From Sphagnum compactum (Eukaryota): a DNA stretch of 64,000 bases. This document shows, piece after piece, positions 52,125 through 64,000 of the stretch. The translations under genes were made by a program, and so were the position numbers. Every line of letters starts with the position of its first letter. Within the stretch, counting starts at the first letter, position 1. The stretch is from NCBI GenBank assembly GCA_965153455.1, contig OZ234494.1, positions 310,001 to 374,000 of the forward strand, in the 5' to 3' direction. The notes below the pieces were generated by a model. That model was given only the letters and a program-made list of their open reading frames with translations, had not been told where the DNA came from and searched no databases.

Positions 52125-52852
52125 AGAAATAAAAAGACAATTCCGGTGTGCGGAATACCGGAAAAGAATTTTTTTTTTTTTTTTTTTTGGGGTTTTAGGT
52201 TTTTTTGGGGGGAAGGGGGGGGGGTGTTGGAAGTCAAAAGCAATTTCCCGGAAATTGTGGGAAGAGGAGGGAGGGAGGGAGGGAGGGAGGGAGCGAGGGA
52301 GCCAGCTCGGGAGGTCCGAGGGAGGAGGAGGAGGAATTAGGGTTAGGAAAACAGGGACTTGGTCGTGGTGCTTGTTGATGAGGGAGGAGAAGAGGAAGAA
52401 GAAGAAGCAGCAGCAGCCTCGGAGGGAGGAGAGGAAGAAGAGAGTGGCGATGGATGGGGTAAGGTAGCAATAAATTGCTACAAGAGTTGCAACAAGCAGA
52501 AGCAGTTCGTCATCAGCTTTCGCAACGGTGCCAGCGTTGGAGCTTTCCTACTGTTGTTGCCCTCGCATATGTTTCCCCCCGCAACACTTGTGGTTGCGCA
52601 TTCACCTTCCATTTGCTCGCATCGCCTGCCCCCTAATGGACCCCATCCTTATTACCTTGCCCCCAAATGGACCCTAGCATCCTTTAGCTTCTTGTGATCA
52701 TTTTAACAATACCTCTTGGGCTTTGTTTGTCACTCTCTTTAGAGCCTTTTGCTTTCTCCTTTGGCTCCTTCCGCCTTTCCCTTCTACCCGGGTGGTGAAA
52801 AAAATCTTCTGTTTACATTCCGGAAGCTGGTGTACAATCTGTACCAAGCACA

Positions 52853-64000
<11,148 letters not shown>

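Noticed and set aside
52234..52697. Glu-rich and Leu/Pro-rich ORFs near the UBP12 5' end
   Set aside because: Translations of a GA-rich low-complexity leader

Overview
Eukaryotic plant nuclear DNA. It looks like a bryophyte, probably Sphagnum-type moss, but that is inferred only from the style of the PPR fragment and repeats. Gene islands that retain CG and CAG/CTG alternate with very AT-rich, CG/CHG-depleted blocks of decayed transposons. Three genes appear intact: a 9-exon ABIL/ABI1-like SCAR/WAVE subunit (22549-27979, +; its last intron is GC-AG), an apparently intronless 109-aa secreted beta-rich orphan (30847-31176, -), and a MATH-domain deubiquitinase UBP12/UBP13 (52853 to window end, +; 29 exons seen). 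Decayed genes are a frameshifted PLS-type PPR fragment (~499-900) and a ~10.5 kb multi-exon pseudogene (-) joining a Med26/TFIIS-N-like domain to a very long coiled coil. Mobile DNA includes two dead hAT transposases, a LINE RT relic, a Tourist MITE, a nested Tc1/mariner-type MITE, two MITEs with apparent 4-bp TSDs, and two copies of a ~325-bp element with Helentron/HINE-like architecture. A higher-order CCCTAGGG tandem array lies upstream of UBP12. No rRNA, intact tRNA or CRISPR array was seen, and no multi-gene novel system is supported.
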